From Magnetococcus sp. YQC-5 (lineage in GTDB: Bacteria > Pseudomonadota > Magnetococcia > Magnetococcales > Magnetaquicoccaceae): a stretch of 24,000 nt of DNA. The notes beneath the pieces were generated by a model that did not search any database, was not told where the DNA came from, and saw only the letters and a list, made by a program, of their open reading frames with translations. Both the position numbers and the translations under genes were made by a program. Below, piece by piece: positions 1-7,877 of the stretch. The stretch lies in the NCBI GenBank assembly GCA_039908085.1, contig JAMOBH010000022.1, forward strand, positions 1 to 24,000, read 5' to 3'. The first letter of the stretch is position 1. Each line of letters opens with the position of its first letter.

Positions 1-47
<47 letters not shown>

Positions 48-49
<2 letters not shown>

Positions 50-2444
50 ACATCCCTCCAAATGCCACAATTTGGTTGGCATCCTTGGACAGGAACAACT
101 GATCCAAAAGTTTGAACATTTGAGCGCGCAACTTCTGAAAATCATCCATCTCCTGGATGGCTGCATCTTTATCATTTTTAGAGATTTTAGCAACAATGGA
201 ACGAGCGGTTTCATGTACCTGCATGTGTACCCGGCCCAAATCCTGAAATAACGGTATGTTACCGAATTTTTCGGTTCCTTCGGAGTCATACCATTTACCG
301 AACACACATTGATGACCGCTGGCCACTTCTTCAGGTCTGAGTTTGGCACGACCCCGGATGACATGTTCAAGCTTGCCCAACCATTTGAGGTGCGCGTTTT
401 TCACGGCCTGCACATCGAATGCGGGTGGACCAAATGCAAAATTCTCCTCCCACTGTGAGAGAGAAAGACTGATCTCTTGGACTACAGTGGTCAGCATGGC
501 TCCATGATGGATGGAACCGTTGAGGAAATCGAGATGATCCAGGGATTGCAACACTTGTTTTTGGACATTGACTGACGAAATATAAATCTCTTCGGAACTG
601 AGTTGGAGAGTATTGGTACGTTCCTGGGCATGACCACTCTCCACTGCCACGCTGTTGGCACCCTGGGCCACACTGGACGCCGAGCGGGCGATTTCGGAGG
701 TTCCTGAAGCCGCCTCGATGGCTGCTCTGGCCACTTCCTGGGAGGCCATGGAGAGTTCGGCGGCGTTGCGGGTCACCTCATCGGCGGCATGGGTCACGTT
801 TTGCATGGATTGGGCGATATTGGCCACGGCTCTGGTTTGATCATCCACAGAACGGGTGATGTCATGATTGGTGGAAGTGATTTGTTCAATCAATACTGTG
901 ATGTCACGGGTGACATTGGCCGCCTCCCGTGTTTTATTTTGGATTTCACGGGTTTTTTCATTGATCATTCTGGTGGCGTCGGCGGTTTGTCGTGCCAGTT
1001 CCTTGACTTCGTTGGCCACCACGGCAAACCCCTTGCCAGCCTCGCCTGCGCCTGCGGCCTCGATGGAAGCATTCAACGCCAACATATTGGTCTGGTCGGC
1101 AATGGTTTTGATCATACCGACCACTTTGCCAATCTCGCCTGCGGCCACTGCGAGTTTGTTCATGACATCCAGGCTTTCCCTGGCGTTTTGATTGGCTTTT
1201 TCCGACCGCTGATCAGCCAGTTGACACCGTTCCCGAATGGCTCCCAGTGAGCTGGTCATTTGCGTCATGGCCACAGAAACCGTGTTGACGGATTGATTGA
1301 CCTGCACCAGATTGGCGTTGACGTTTTCGATATTGGCGGACATCTGTTCAGCTGCCGAGGCCATGGTGGTCACATTGACACTTGCCTCCTCGGAAGCTGC
1401 GGCAATGGAGCTGACGTTGTTGGACAGGACATGAGCCTCTTCATTGACTGCGTTGATGTTGGCTTTCACGTCATCAATATTGACTTTCAGAGCCTGGGTT
1501 TCCCGGTCCAGATCATCATTGAGTTGCAGAACTTTTTTGGCCAGATTGATGGTATCCTGCGAGTCTTCGGAGAGCAGATCCTTGAGGGGTATCAATTCAT
1601 TGGCCACAGCCATGACACTGGCCGCCTGGAGCTTTTGTTGCCGCAGGGAAAGAATGACTTGTTCGGCGACCCGGTTGATCCGTTCACCGATCCAGGCCAG
1701 TTCCGGGAAGTATTCAGGCTGGAAGTGGATGGTGAGATTGCCCTGGGAAAAGTCATCCAGAAGATCGGAAAAATGCGTGATCTGCTGTGCCATAGACCAC
1801 TTTTGCCATCCCAAAAAAAGTAAAATACAAACAACAAGGGCCAGAGTCAAACTCATCAGGGTCTTGATTGTTGATGTCAGATTTTTGGAATCCTGACGGG
1901 CCTGGTCCGTTATGGATGCAACGGATTTGTCCAGGGCGGTCAGGAGCGTGACGTGATCTTGCAAAACAGTGTTTTTGATGGCATCCAGATCCCCGGAACC
2001 GGCCAAGCCGGAACGGATGGCGCGTTGGAATTTTTCCCAGATATCTGCTGCGGCTTGCAGGTGAGTCAGGGTTGCGGGCGTTGGGGGGGGGAGTGCTTCG
2101 AACTTGGCAGGTTCCTGGTTCGGGGTGGAGGGGGCGTTGCCTCCGGTCATCAGGGCTTTCAAGGTCTGATCAAAAATCGTGAGTGTATTTTCCAGATTTT
2201 GTTTGCGGGTCCGATCACCGGTTGCCAGATAGATGAAAAATTCTTTGGTCGCCTGATGAACAAGCAGGCTTTGTCGACTGGCCAGTTCGCTGGCTCCAGA
2301 GATATCGTTTTTGATCTGGGTGGTGTGATAGAGATTGGCGATTGTCAGTAAAACCAAAGCCAGCAGGGCCAGTGCCATGGTGGACAATGTCAGGGAGATG
2401 CCGAATTTTTGCTTCCAGGCATGGATATGGTTTTTTGACGTCAT
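48..2444 (-). CDS. Methyl-accepting chemotaxis protein: PilJ-type periplasmic sensor, HAMP, MA signalling domain, C-terminal CZB zinc-binding domain
   Basis: The ORF runs 48..2492. I place the start at ATG 2444, which has AGGAA 6 nt upstream; the consensus promoter at 2507-2535 would leave ATG 2492 nearly leaderless. The protein has two TM segments flanking a PilJ-like region ([16 protein letters not shown]...). It carries the canonical MCP hairpin motif [35 protein letters not shown]. The C-terminal CZB motif is HLKW...CVFGKWY...HMQVH. Confidence 0.95.
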
Positions 2445-2506
2445 GGAATGTTCCTGATAAAATTTGGGTAGGTGCGCATGAAGGAAATGCATTATTCTAC
2501 GAGCAT

Positions 2507-2535
2507 ATTATAGATATTGGCCCTCATCGTGTCAA
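2507..2535 (-). promoter_or_regulatory. Consensus sigma70-type promoter for the MCP gene
   Basis: On the minus strand the sequence reads TTGACA (2535-2530), an exact 17-nt spacer, then TATAAT (2512-2507). I verified this base by base. The predicted TSS is near 2500, giving a leader of about 55 nt to ATG 2444. Confidence 0.6.
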
Positions 2536-2778
2536 ATGGAAAGCGGCTTGGGAAAAGCAATCCACGATCATGCAGATTGTACGGGCTTTTCCATAGGATC
2601 CAAAACCAGCGTTTGGTGCGGTCTGGGGGCATTTTGTCGGTAATCACTATGAAGCATATCGTCACATTGGATGATGTCACTTCGTCATGGCTCAATCCGG
2701 GGATGCCATGCGCATGATGAATCAACCGGGTGATAGGGCGTCACGCCTGGAAATTTGGCTTGTTCTGTTCCATACTTG

Positions 2779-2897
2779 AAAACCTTGGGGGGCGGTTCGG
2801 CCCCCCAACCCCCCCCCTCTTTTTTTTTAAATTTATTAAAAAAAAGAGGGGGTCTGGGGGATTCATCCCCCAGGGTTTTGCTTTTGTATTTTCTCTT
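2779..2897 (-). repeat. Palindromic intergenic element, copy 2 (full, inverted orientation)
   Basis: The sequence is AAAACCTTGGGGGGCGGTTCGGCCCCCCAACCCCCCCCTC-T9-AAATTTATT-A8-GAGGGGGTCTGGGGGATTCATCCCCCAGGGTTTTGCTTTTG. Hairpins lie at 2787-2806 and 2854-2873. The copy sits in the divergent gap between the MCP gene and pqiA. Confidence 0.9.
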
Positions 2898-2936
2898 GAA
2901 TGTTTGTTCCGATTCATCTGACAAGAGTTCTAATGA

Positions 2937-3542
2937 ATGACTGTTTTATTATCAGCATGTCACGATTGTGATGCCTTGTATCGGATTCCAGATGTGCCAT
3001 CTGGCAGTGTGGTGCGATGCTTGCGTTGTGGTGCCGAATTGTACCGGGACCGTGCGCACTCCCTGGATATCCCTTTGGCATGGACCTGCACCGGCATGAT
3101 TCTGTTTTTGATTGCCAACCTCAACCCACTGTTGATTTTGCAACTGGGGGGACGCATGCAGAGCAACACCTTGCTGGCAGGTGTCCAGGCGTTGGCTTAT
3201 GAAGGCATGTGGGATCTGGCCATCCTGGTATTTTGTACCAGTATTTTGTTTCCATTTCTGATCCTGGCCCTCCTGCTGTATGTTTTACTCCCCTTGAGGT
3301 TTGATTATATGCCGTGGCAACTGGCTCGAATCTTTCGTCTGGTGCAGGCCGTGACCCCCTGGGCCATGGTGGGAGTCTATGTGTTGGGCATTTTTGTGGC
3401 GTATGTCAAATTGATTTCCATGGCCACTGTGGTGCCCGGCATTGCGCTGTATGCCCTTTTTGCCTTGCTGCTGGTCACATCCGCTCTCCAAGCCACCCTG
3501 GATCCCCGGATGATTTGGTCTCGGATTCCGGTGTCACCATGA
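2937..3542 (+). CDS. pqiA: PqiA-family (paraquat-inducible protein A) integral membrane protein, first half-module
   Basis: The N-terminal zinc-ribbon is CHDCDALYRIPDVPSGSVVRCLRCGAEL, followed by multiple TM helices. The gene sits upstream of pqiB and pqiC. AAGAG lies about 10 nt upstream of the ATG. Confidence 0.85.
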   Translation: MTVLLSACHDCDALYRIPDVPSGSVVRCLRCGAELYRDRAHSLDIPLAWTCTGMILFLIANLNPLLILQLGGRMQSNTLLAGVQALAYEGMWDLAILVFCTSILFPFLILALLLYVLLPLRFDYMPWQLARIFRLVQAVTPWAMVGVYVLGIFVAYVKLISMATVVPGIALYALFALLLVTSALQATLDPRMIWSRIPVSP

Positions 3543-4180
3543 GCAGGAACGTACCCACTGCGGCTGGGGTCGGACTGATCGCCTGTCATGTTTGTGGTCT
3601 GCTCTCACCATCACACCAGGTGTTGCCCAAAACAAACAAGCGGTGTCCCAGATGTCAGGCTCCTTTGCATCTGCGCAAGCCAAACACGCTTTCCAGAACA
3701 TGGGCTTTGATATGGACCGCCATCATCCTGTATATTCCCGCCAACGCCTATCCGGTGATGACTGTCAGCAAACTGGGACGCGGCGAGCCGGATACGATTT
3801 TGAGTGGTGTCAAACATCTCATCGAAAGCGGCATGTGGCCCCTGGCCTTGCTGGTTTTTGTCGCCAGTATCGTGGTTCCTGTCATGAAGATCGGTGTTTT
3901 GATTTACTTGCTGATCACGGTGCAACGGCGTTCCAGGCAGCGATGTCGAGACCGAACGGCTCTTTATCGCCTGTTGGAGGCGTTTGGCCATTGGTCCATG
4001 GTAGACATTTTTCTGGTATCGATTCTGGCGGCCCTGGTTGATTTTGGTACACTGGCTACAATCAAGCCGAATATCGGGGCTTCATTTTTTGCGGCTGTTG
4101 TGGTTGCAACCCTGTTTGCGGCCCGAAGTTTTGATCCAAGAGTCATCTGGGATGTCATGGACGAGGAGCAGGCATCATGA
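3539..4180 (+). CDS. pqiA: PqiA-family integral membrane protein, second half-module
   Basis: The internal start of ORF 3314..4180 is at ATG 3539, forming an ATGA overlap with the upstream stop. The second zinc-ribbon is CHVCGLLSPSHQVLPKTNKRCPRCQAPL, followed by the PqiA-like stretch YIPANAYPVMTV and TM helices. There is another ATGA overlap with pqiB at 4177-4180. Confidence 0.85.
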   Translation: MSRNVPTAAGVGLIACHVCGLLSPSHQVLPKTNKRCPRCQAPLHLRKPNTLSRTWALIWTAIILYIPANAYPVMTVSKLGRGEPDTILSGVKHLIESGMWPLALLVFVASIVVPVMKIGVLIYLLITVQRRSRQRCRDRTALYRLLEAFGHWSMVDIFLVSILAALVDFGTLATIKPNIGASFFAAVVVATLFAARSFDPRVIWDVMDEEQAS

Positions 4181-5925
4181 ATGAAGAGTCGCACCACACG
4201 TCGGAAAAGGATCCTTTATCCTCTCCACCCCGTGATCTTGTCATTCCCGAACCTGTAGTGGAAATCTCCCGGCATGGCGGTTGGCAAACGATCTGGTTGA
4301 TCCCTGTGGTGGCGGTGTTGATCGGCGGGTGGGTGCTGGTCAAAACCTGGATGGATCAGGGACCGGAGATCGTTTTGACTTTCAAAAGTGCGGAAGGGAT
4401 CGAAGCTGGCAAGACTCGCATCAAACATAAATCCGTGTCAGTGGGGGTGGTGGAGAGTGTGGCTTTGAGTCCTGATTTTACCGAAGTAAGAATTCACGCT
4501 TCTTTGGTCAAGGGCACTGAACGCTTTCTGACGAGTGGAACCCGGTTCTGGGTCGTGCGTCCCCAAATGAATTTACGGGAAATTTCAGGACTTGGAACCC
4601 TGGTCGCCGGGGCACATATCGAAATGGAACCCGGTCAGGGCAGTGAGCAAAGAACCTTCAAAGGAGTCGAAAGCCCGCCTTTGGTGCGTATGGATGTGCC
4701 AGGTTCACGCTATGTTATTGAATCGAATACGTTGGGATCTCTGGACAAAGGTTCTCCGGTCTATTTTCGGGACATCCCGGTTGGGCAGGTGTTGGGATAC
4801 GAACTCATGCCAGACATGAAAGGGGTGGTATTGCCTGTTTTCATTCAGGAACCTTACAACCAACTGATCAAAAGCAATACCCGGTTCTGGGAGACCAGCG
4901 GAGTCGATTTGGTGGTTGATGCCCAAGGATTTCGTTTGAAATCCAGCTCTTTGACGCGTTTGCTCATGGGAGGGATCACGTTCAGTACTCCGGAAACGTT
5001 GGAGCCGGGCAAGCCCGCATCAGAAACCACCCGATTCACCCTGTACAAAAACGAGGCGGCGGTTGCAGAGGAATCCTATACCAAGAAGCTGATATTTGTC
5101 TTGTATTTCAAAGGTTCGGTGCGCGGATTGAACGTGGATGCCCCGGTGGAGTTTCGCGGTATTCAGGTGGGAAAGGTTACGGATATCCGGTTGGAATTCG
5201 ACTTTGAATCCAGCACGTTTCGGATTCCGGTTCTGGTGCAGATTGAACCGGAACGGGTGATCGAAATCACGACCGAGGGCGTGCAGGCCATTCGTCAGCA
5301 GCAGCCAGAAGAATTTCTGCAAACTCTGGTAAAACGTGGTTTGCGGGCGCAATTGAAAACGGGGAGTTATTTGACGGGTCAGCTTTTTGTGGAATTGGAT
5401 CTGCATCCCAATACACCGATTACGTTGTTGGGGGGCGGACAGCATCTTTACAAAGAACTGCCCACCATTCCTACCAGTTTGGACGAGATCACGGCTTCAT
5501 TGACGGATTTTCTGAAAAAAGTTCAGACGTTGCCCCTGGAAGGGATCGGTCGGGAGCTGCATGAGACCCTCAAGGGGGCGAATCGGACGGTCAATGCCCC
5601 TGAAACCATGGAGACCATTCGTTCTGCTGCTCAGGCTTTGGTCGAGGTGCGTGGATTGGTGAAAAATCTTCAGCAACAAGTGGATGCCCTTGGTTCTGGG
5701 GCGGTGCGGACCAGTAGTGCGGCCACAGCCACTTTGCAACAGTTGGAGGAAACTCTGGTCAAGGTGGATGGTCTCATTGGACCCAAGGCACCGCTTCATT
5801 ATGGCATGGTGGAGGCGGTACGGGAATTGGCGTCGGCGGCTCGTTCCGTACGCAGTTTCATTGATTTGTTGGAACGCAAACCAGAATCTTTGCTGTTTGG
5901 CAAGGAAAAAGAGGGAGGTCGTTAA
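4177..5925 (+). CDS. pqiB: PqiB-like multi-MCE-domain intermembrane transport protein
   Basis: The 582-aa protein has an N-terminal TM segment (WLIPVVAVLIGGWVLV). It has repeated MCE-type segments (TFKSAEGIEAGKTRIKHKSVSVGVV; PVYFRDIPVGQV; PVEFRGIQVGKV) and a C-terminal helical region. It lies in pqiA-pqiB-pqiC order. Confidence 0.9.
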   Translation: MNEESHHTSEKDPLSSPPRDLVIPEPVVEISRHGGWQTIWLIPVVAVLIGGWVLVKTWMDQGPEIVLTFKSAEGIEAGKTRIKHKSVSVGVVESVALSPDFTEVRIHASLVKGTERFLTSGTRFWVVRPQMNLREISGLGTLVAGAHIEMEPGQGSEQRTFKGVESPPLVRMDVPGSRYVIESNTLGSLDKGSPVYFRDIPVGQVLGYELMPDMKGVVLPVFIQEPYNQLIKSNTRFWETSGVDLVVDAQGFRLKSSSLTRLLMGGITFSTPETLEPGKPASETTRFTLYKNEAAVAEESYTKKLIFVLYFKGSVRGLNVDAPVEFRGIQVGKVTDIRLEFDFESSTFRIPVLVQIEPERVIEITTEGVQAIRQQQPEEFLQTLVKRGLRAQLKTGSYLTGQLFVELDLHPNTPITLLGGGQHLYKELPTIPTSLDEITASLTDFLKKVQTLPLEGIGRELHETLKGANRTVNAPETMETIRSAAQALVEVRGLVKNLQQQVDALGSGAVRTSSAATATLQQLEETLVKVDGLIGPKAPLHYGMVEAVRELASAARSVRSFIDLLERKPESLLFGKEKEGGR

Positions 5926-5970
5926 TGCATTATTTTGGCAGTTTCATAGTCCTTTTTGATCGGATCGTTT

Positions 5971-6067
5971 CCTTTTTTCCAATCAAAAATTTAAAAAAAA
6001 AGGGTGGAGGGGTCTGGGGAGGCCGTGAGCCGCCTCCCCAGGAAGTTTCTCCCAAGGAGGGTTTTGA
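5971..6067 (+). repeat. Palindromic intergenic element, copy 3 (degenerate/hybrid arm) inside the pqiB-pqiC junction
   Basis: A9 (5993-6001) is followed by GGGTGGAGGGGT, then a 10-bp-stem hairpin CTGGGGAGGC...GCCTCCCCAG (6014-6041), then GAAGTTT. Further on is CCCAAGGAGGGTTTTG, reminiscent of the CCCCAAGGTTTTG terminus. A residual T-run lies at 5973-5978. Confidence 0.7.
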
Positions 6068-6179
6068 TCGGGGGCGTGATGCTGTAGAAACGTCTCCTTC
6101 TTTTCATTCCTGTCATTGGTCGGGGCGTCCCAGGAGTGGTGGTTGGCGTCACGGATTTTTGGCGGTGTCGTGGATTTTG

Positions 6180-6752
6180 ATGGCTCTGTTTTTGACCGCC
6201 TGCCCAGGACAACCCTCGCCACCAACCCGTTTTTTTCTGTTGACTTCGCTGGTTCAGCCTCCACAGACCCGGGTGCAGCAGGCTGGACAGGGTCTGGTGG
6301 TGGAACTTGAACCTGTGGAAATTCCTCAGTATCTCAATCGTCCAGAGATGGTGACCCGGACCGGAGGGAATCGTTTGGGTCTGAACCGGATGGCGCAATG
6401 GGCCGGGGATCTCAAGGAGGATATTGGTCGCGTCCTGATGGAAAACCTTGCGCGTCTTTTGCCTTCGGAACGGGTGATGATCTTGCCCAAGCGTAGCAAT
6501 GAGGTTGCGAATTTTCGTGTGGCTGCGAGTATGAACCGTTTCGAACCGGATGCCACGGGACAAGTGATTCTGGATGCCCGATGGACTTTGTTCGATGGCA
6601 AGGGGAAACAACTTTTCACTCGTCATTCTCATATCATCACGCAAGCCTCCAACCCTGAGGAATATGAATCATTGGCTGAGGCAATGAGTAAGGCGTTGGA
6701 TATATGGAGTCGTGAAATGAGTGATACAATCAAATCCACCCCATCCCGATAA
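6180..6752 (+). CDS. pqiC: PqiC (YmbA/DUF330-type) transport-auxiliary outer-membrane lipoprotein
   Basis: The lipoprotein signal is ...RHGFLAVSWILMALFLTAC. Family-typical stretches are VEIPQYLNRPEMV, AQWAGDL and ARWTLF. The start is uncertain: candidates are TTG 6159, GTG 6165 and ATG 6180. The ORF is also open back to ATG 5925, which has a strong SD (see findings). Confidence 0.85.
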   Translation: MALFLTACPGQPSPPTRFFLLTSLVQPPQTRVQQAGQGLVVELEPVEIPQYLNRPEMVTRTGGNRLGLNRMAQWAGDLKEDIGRVLMENLARLLPSERVMILPKRSNEVANFRVAASMNRFEPDATGQVILDARWTLFDGKGKQLFTRHSHIITQASNPEEYESLAEAMSKALDIWSREMSDTIKSTPSR

Positions 6753-6896
6753 AAAATCCTTATTGCGGTTTTTCCAGTGTTCAAGTTTTTTTAAAATCAT
6801 TAAAAAAAAAGAGGGGGTTTGGGGGATTCTTCCCCCAAGGTTTTGCCTTTGATTTTTTTCTTTTGCCTTTGACTTTTTTGCTTTTGCCTTTTTGCC
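6753..6896 (-). repeat. Palindromic intergenic element, copy 4 (inverted; one arm decayed, other arm followed by a ~20-nt tandem repeat)
   Basis: The decayed arm is AAAATCCTTATTGCGGT... (6753-6785). It is followed by T7, AAAATCATT, A9 (6802-6810) and GAGGGGGTTTGGGGGATTCTTCCCCCAAGGTTTTGCC, with a hairpin at 6819-6838. Next come TTTTGCCTTTGATTTTTTTC, TTTTGCCTTTGACTTTTTTGC and TTTTGCCTTTTTGCC (6841-6896). Confidence 0.8.
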
Positions 6897-6971
6897 TGAA
6901 GATCCTGTTTTTGTATCCCCATTCCGTTTTGAGCATCCACAGCAAGTCACCTCCCCCCCCAAAAAAAATAT

Positions 6972-6987
6972 TGGCCGAAATTTTGCA
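6972..6987 (+). promoter_or_regulatory. Candidate sigma54 (-24/-12) promoter upstream of pomA
   Basis: TGGCCGAAATTTTGCA compares with the consensus TGGCAC-N5-TTGCW. GG (6973-6974) and GC (6985-6986) have the exact 12-nt register. The site is about 70 nt upstream of ATG 7059. Confidence 0.4.
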
Positions 6988-7058
6988 TGCATCTTTGATT
7001 GGCGTGGCTATATATGCCAAAATCACTTGATCCGTGGATATGGGGTGTAATACAAAAC

Positions 7059-7814
7059 ATGAAACTTGACTTTGCCACCATTTTTGGTTTGTTTATCGCT
7101 TCGTTGATTGTGTTGGGTTTGATGGGCCGCAATATCACCCTCTTTTGGAGTTCGCATGCTTTTATTGTGGTGTTTGGTGGATTGGTAAGTAGTACTTTTG
7201 TTAAGTTTAATATGACAGATATTATGAATACCATGGGTATCATGATGAAGCTTTTTAAGGTTCCCAAGGAACATCCCAAAGAAATCATCGAACAAATCAT
7301 CAACTGCTCCAACATTGCACGCAAGGAAGGTATCCTTTCCCTGGAGAAGGTGCAGATCAACCATCCTGTACTCAAAACTGCGGTCACGTATTGTGTGGAT
7401 GGTGTTGATCCTGTGTTTTTGCGTGAAATGTTGACCAAAGAACAGGAATACATGCAAATCCGTCATCATGTGGGTTTGGTTATGTTTGAAAGCATGGGTG
7501 AGGCTGCACCGGCCATGGGCATGGTGGGAACCCTGATCGGTATGGTGGAGTTGCTTTCCAACTTGAGCGATCCAGACTCCATCGGTCCCTCCATGGCCAC
7601 CGCACTGCTGGCCACCATGTATGGAGCCATTGTGGCCAATATGCTTGTGATTCCATTTGGTATCAAATTGCATCACTATAGCACACACGAGGCCGTCATT
7701 TATGAACTCGTCATGGATGGAATACAAGGCATCCAACGCGGAGTCAATCCACGCATCCTGGAGAAATCTCTCATCACAGCCTTGTCACGCAGTCAACGTG
7801 AGCAAATAGTATAG
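7059..7814 (+). CDS. pomA: Flagellar stator A subunit (MotA/PomA family)
   Basis: The start is taken at the internal ATG 7059 (MKLDFATIFGLFIASL...), which is the typical MotA N-terminus. Strong family motifs are present (GEAAPAMGMVGTLIGMVELLSNLSDPDSIGPSMATALLATMYGAIVANM; GVNPRILE). From memory it closely resembles Vibrio PomA. Ion specificity cannot be read from the sequence. Confidence 0.9.
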   Translation: MKLDFATIFGLFIASLIVLGLMGRNITLFWSSHAFIVVFGGLVSSTFVKFNMTDIMNTMGIMMKLFKVPKEHPKEIIEQIINCSNIARKEGILSLEKVQINHPVLKTAVTYCVDGVDPVFLREMLTKEQEYMQIRHHVGLVMFESMGEAAPAMGMVGTLIGMVELLSNLSDPDSIGPSMATALLATMYGAIVANMLVIPFGIKLHHYSTHEAVIYELVMDGIQGIQRGVNPRILEKSLITALSRSQREQIV

Positions 7815-7877
7815 CACACGTGCAAGGTTCTTGGTTTTTTGTGACAGGCAAAGATTGAGTACAAGGATGCTTCCCAG

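Noticed and set aside
491-2351. Many 60-190 aa ORFs on the + strand, and small ones on the - strand, inside the MCP gene.
   Set aside because: These are shadow ORFs typical of the Ala/Ser/Val-rich, repetitive MCP signalling domain. The 798-aa MCP frame carries all the recognisable motifs.
2685-2940. Three overlapping 61-79 aa ORFs on both strands (for example ...KKEGGGWGAEPPPKVF...).
   Set aside because: They are translations of element copy 2. The same G/C-run and A/T-run DNA yields Gly/Pro/Lys/Phe-rich pseudo-peptides in different frames and orientations at each copy, and no frame is conserved between copies.
5991-6644. A 217-aa minus-strand ORF. Similar antisense ORFs occur at 7023..7736, 6947..7453, 14171..14671, 17935..18549, 19648..20211 and 22847..23425.
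   Set aside because: Each lies fully antisense to a gene with strong family motifs (pqiC, pomA, agcS, rsmI, lpoA-like, Tim44-like). Their compositions are Arg/His/Gly-rich, as is typical of antisense frames.
6669-7026. Minus-strand ORFs of 107 and 81 aa (KAKAKKSKAKEK...).
   Set aside because: They span element copy 4 and its tandem TTTTGCC repeats. The low-complexity Lys/Ala sequence comes from the repeat DNA and runs antisense to the pqiC 3' end and the pomA leader.
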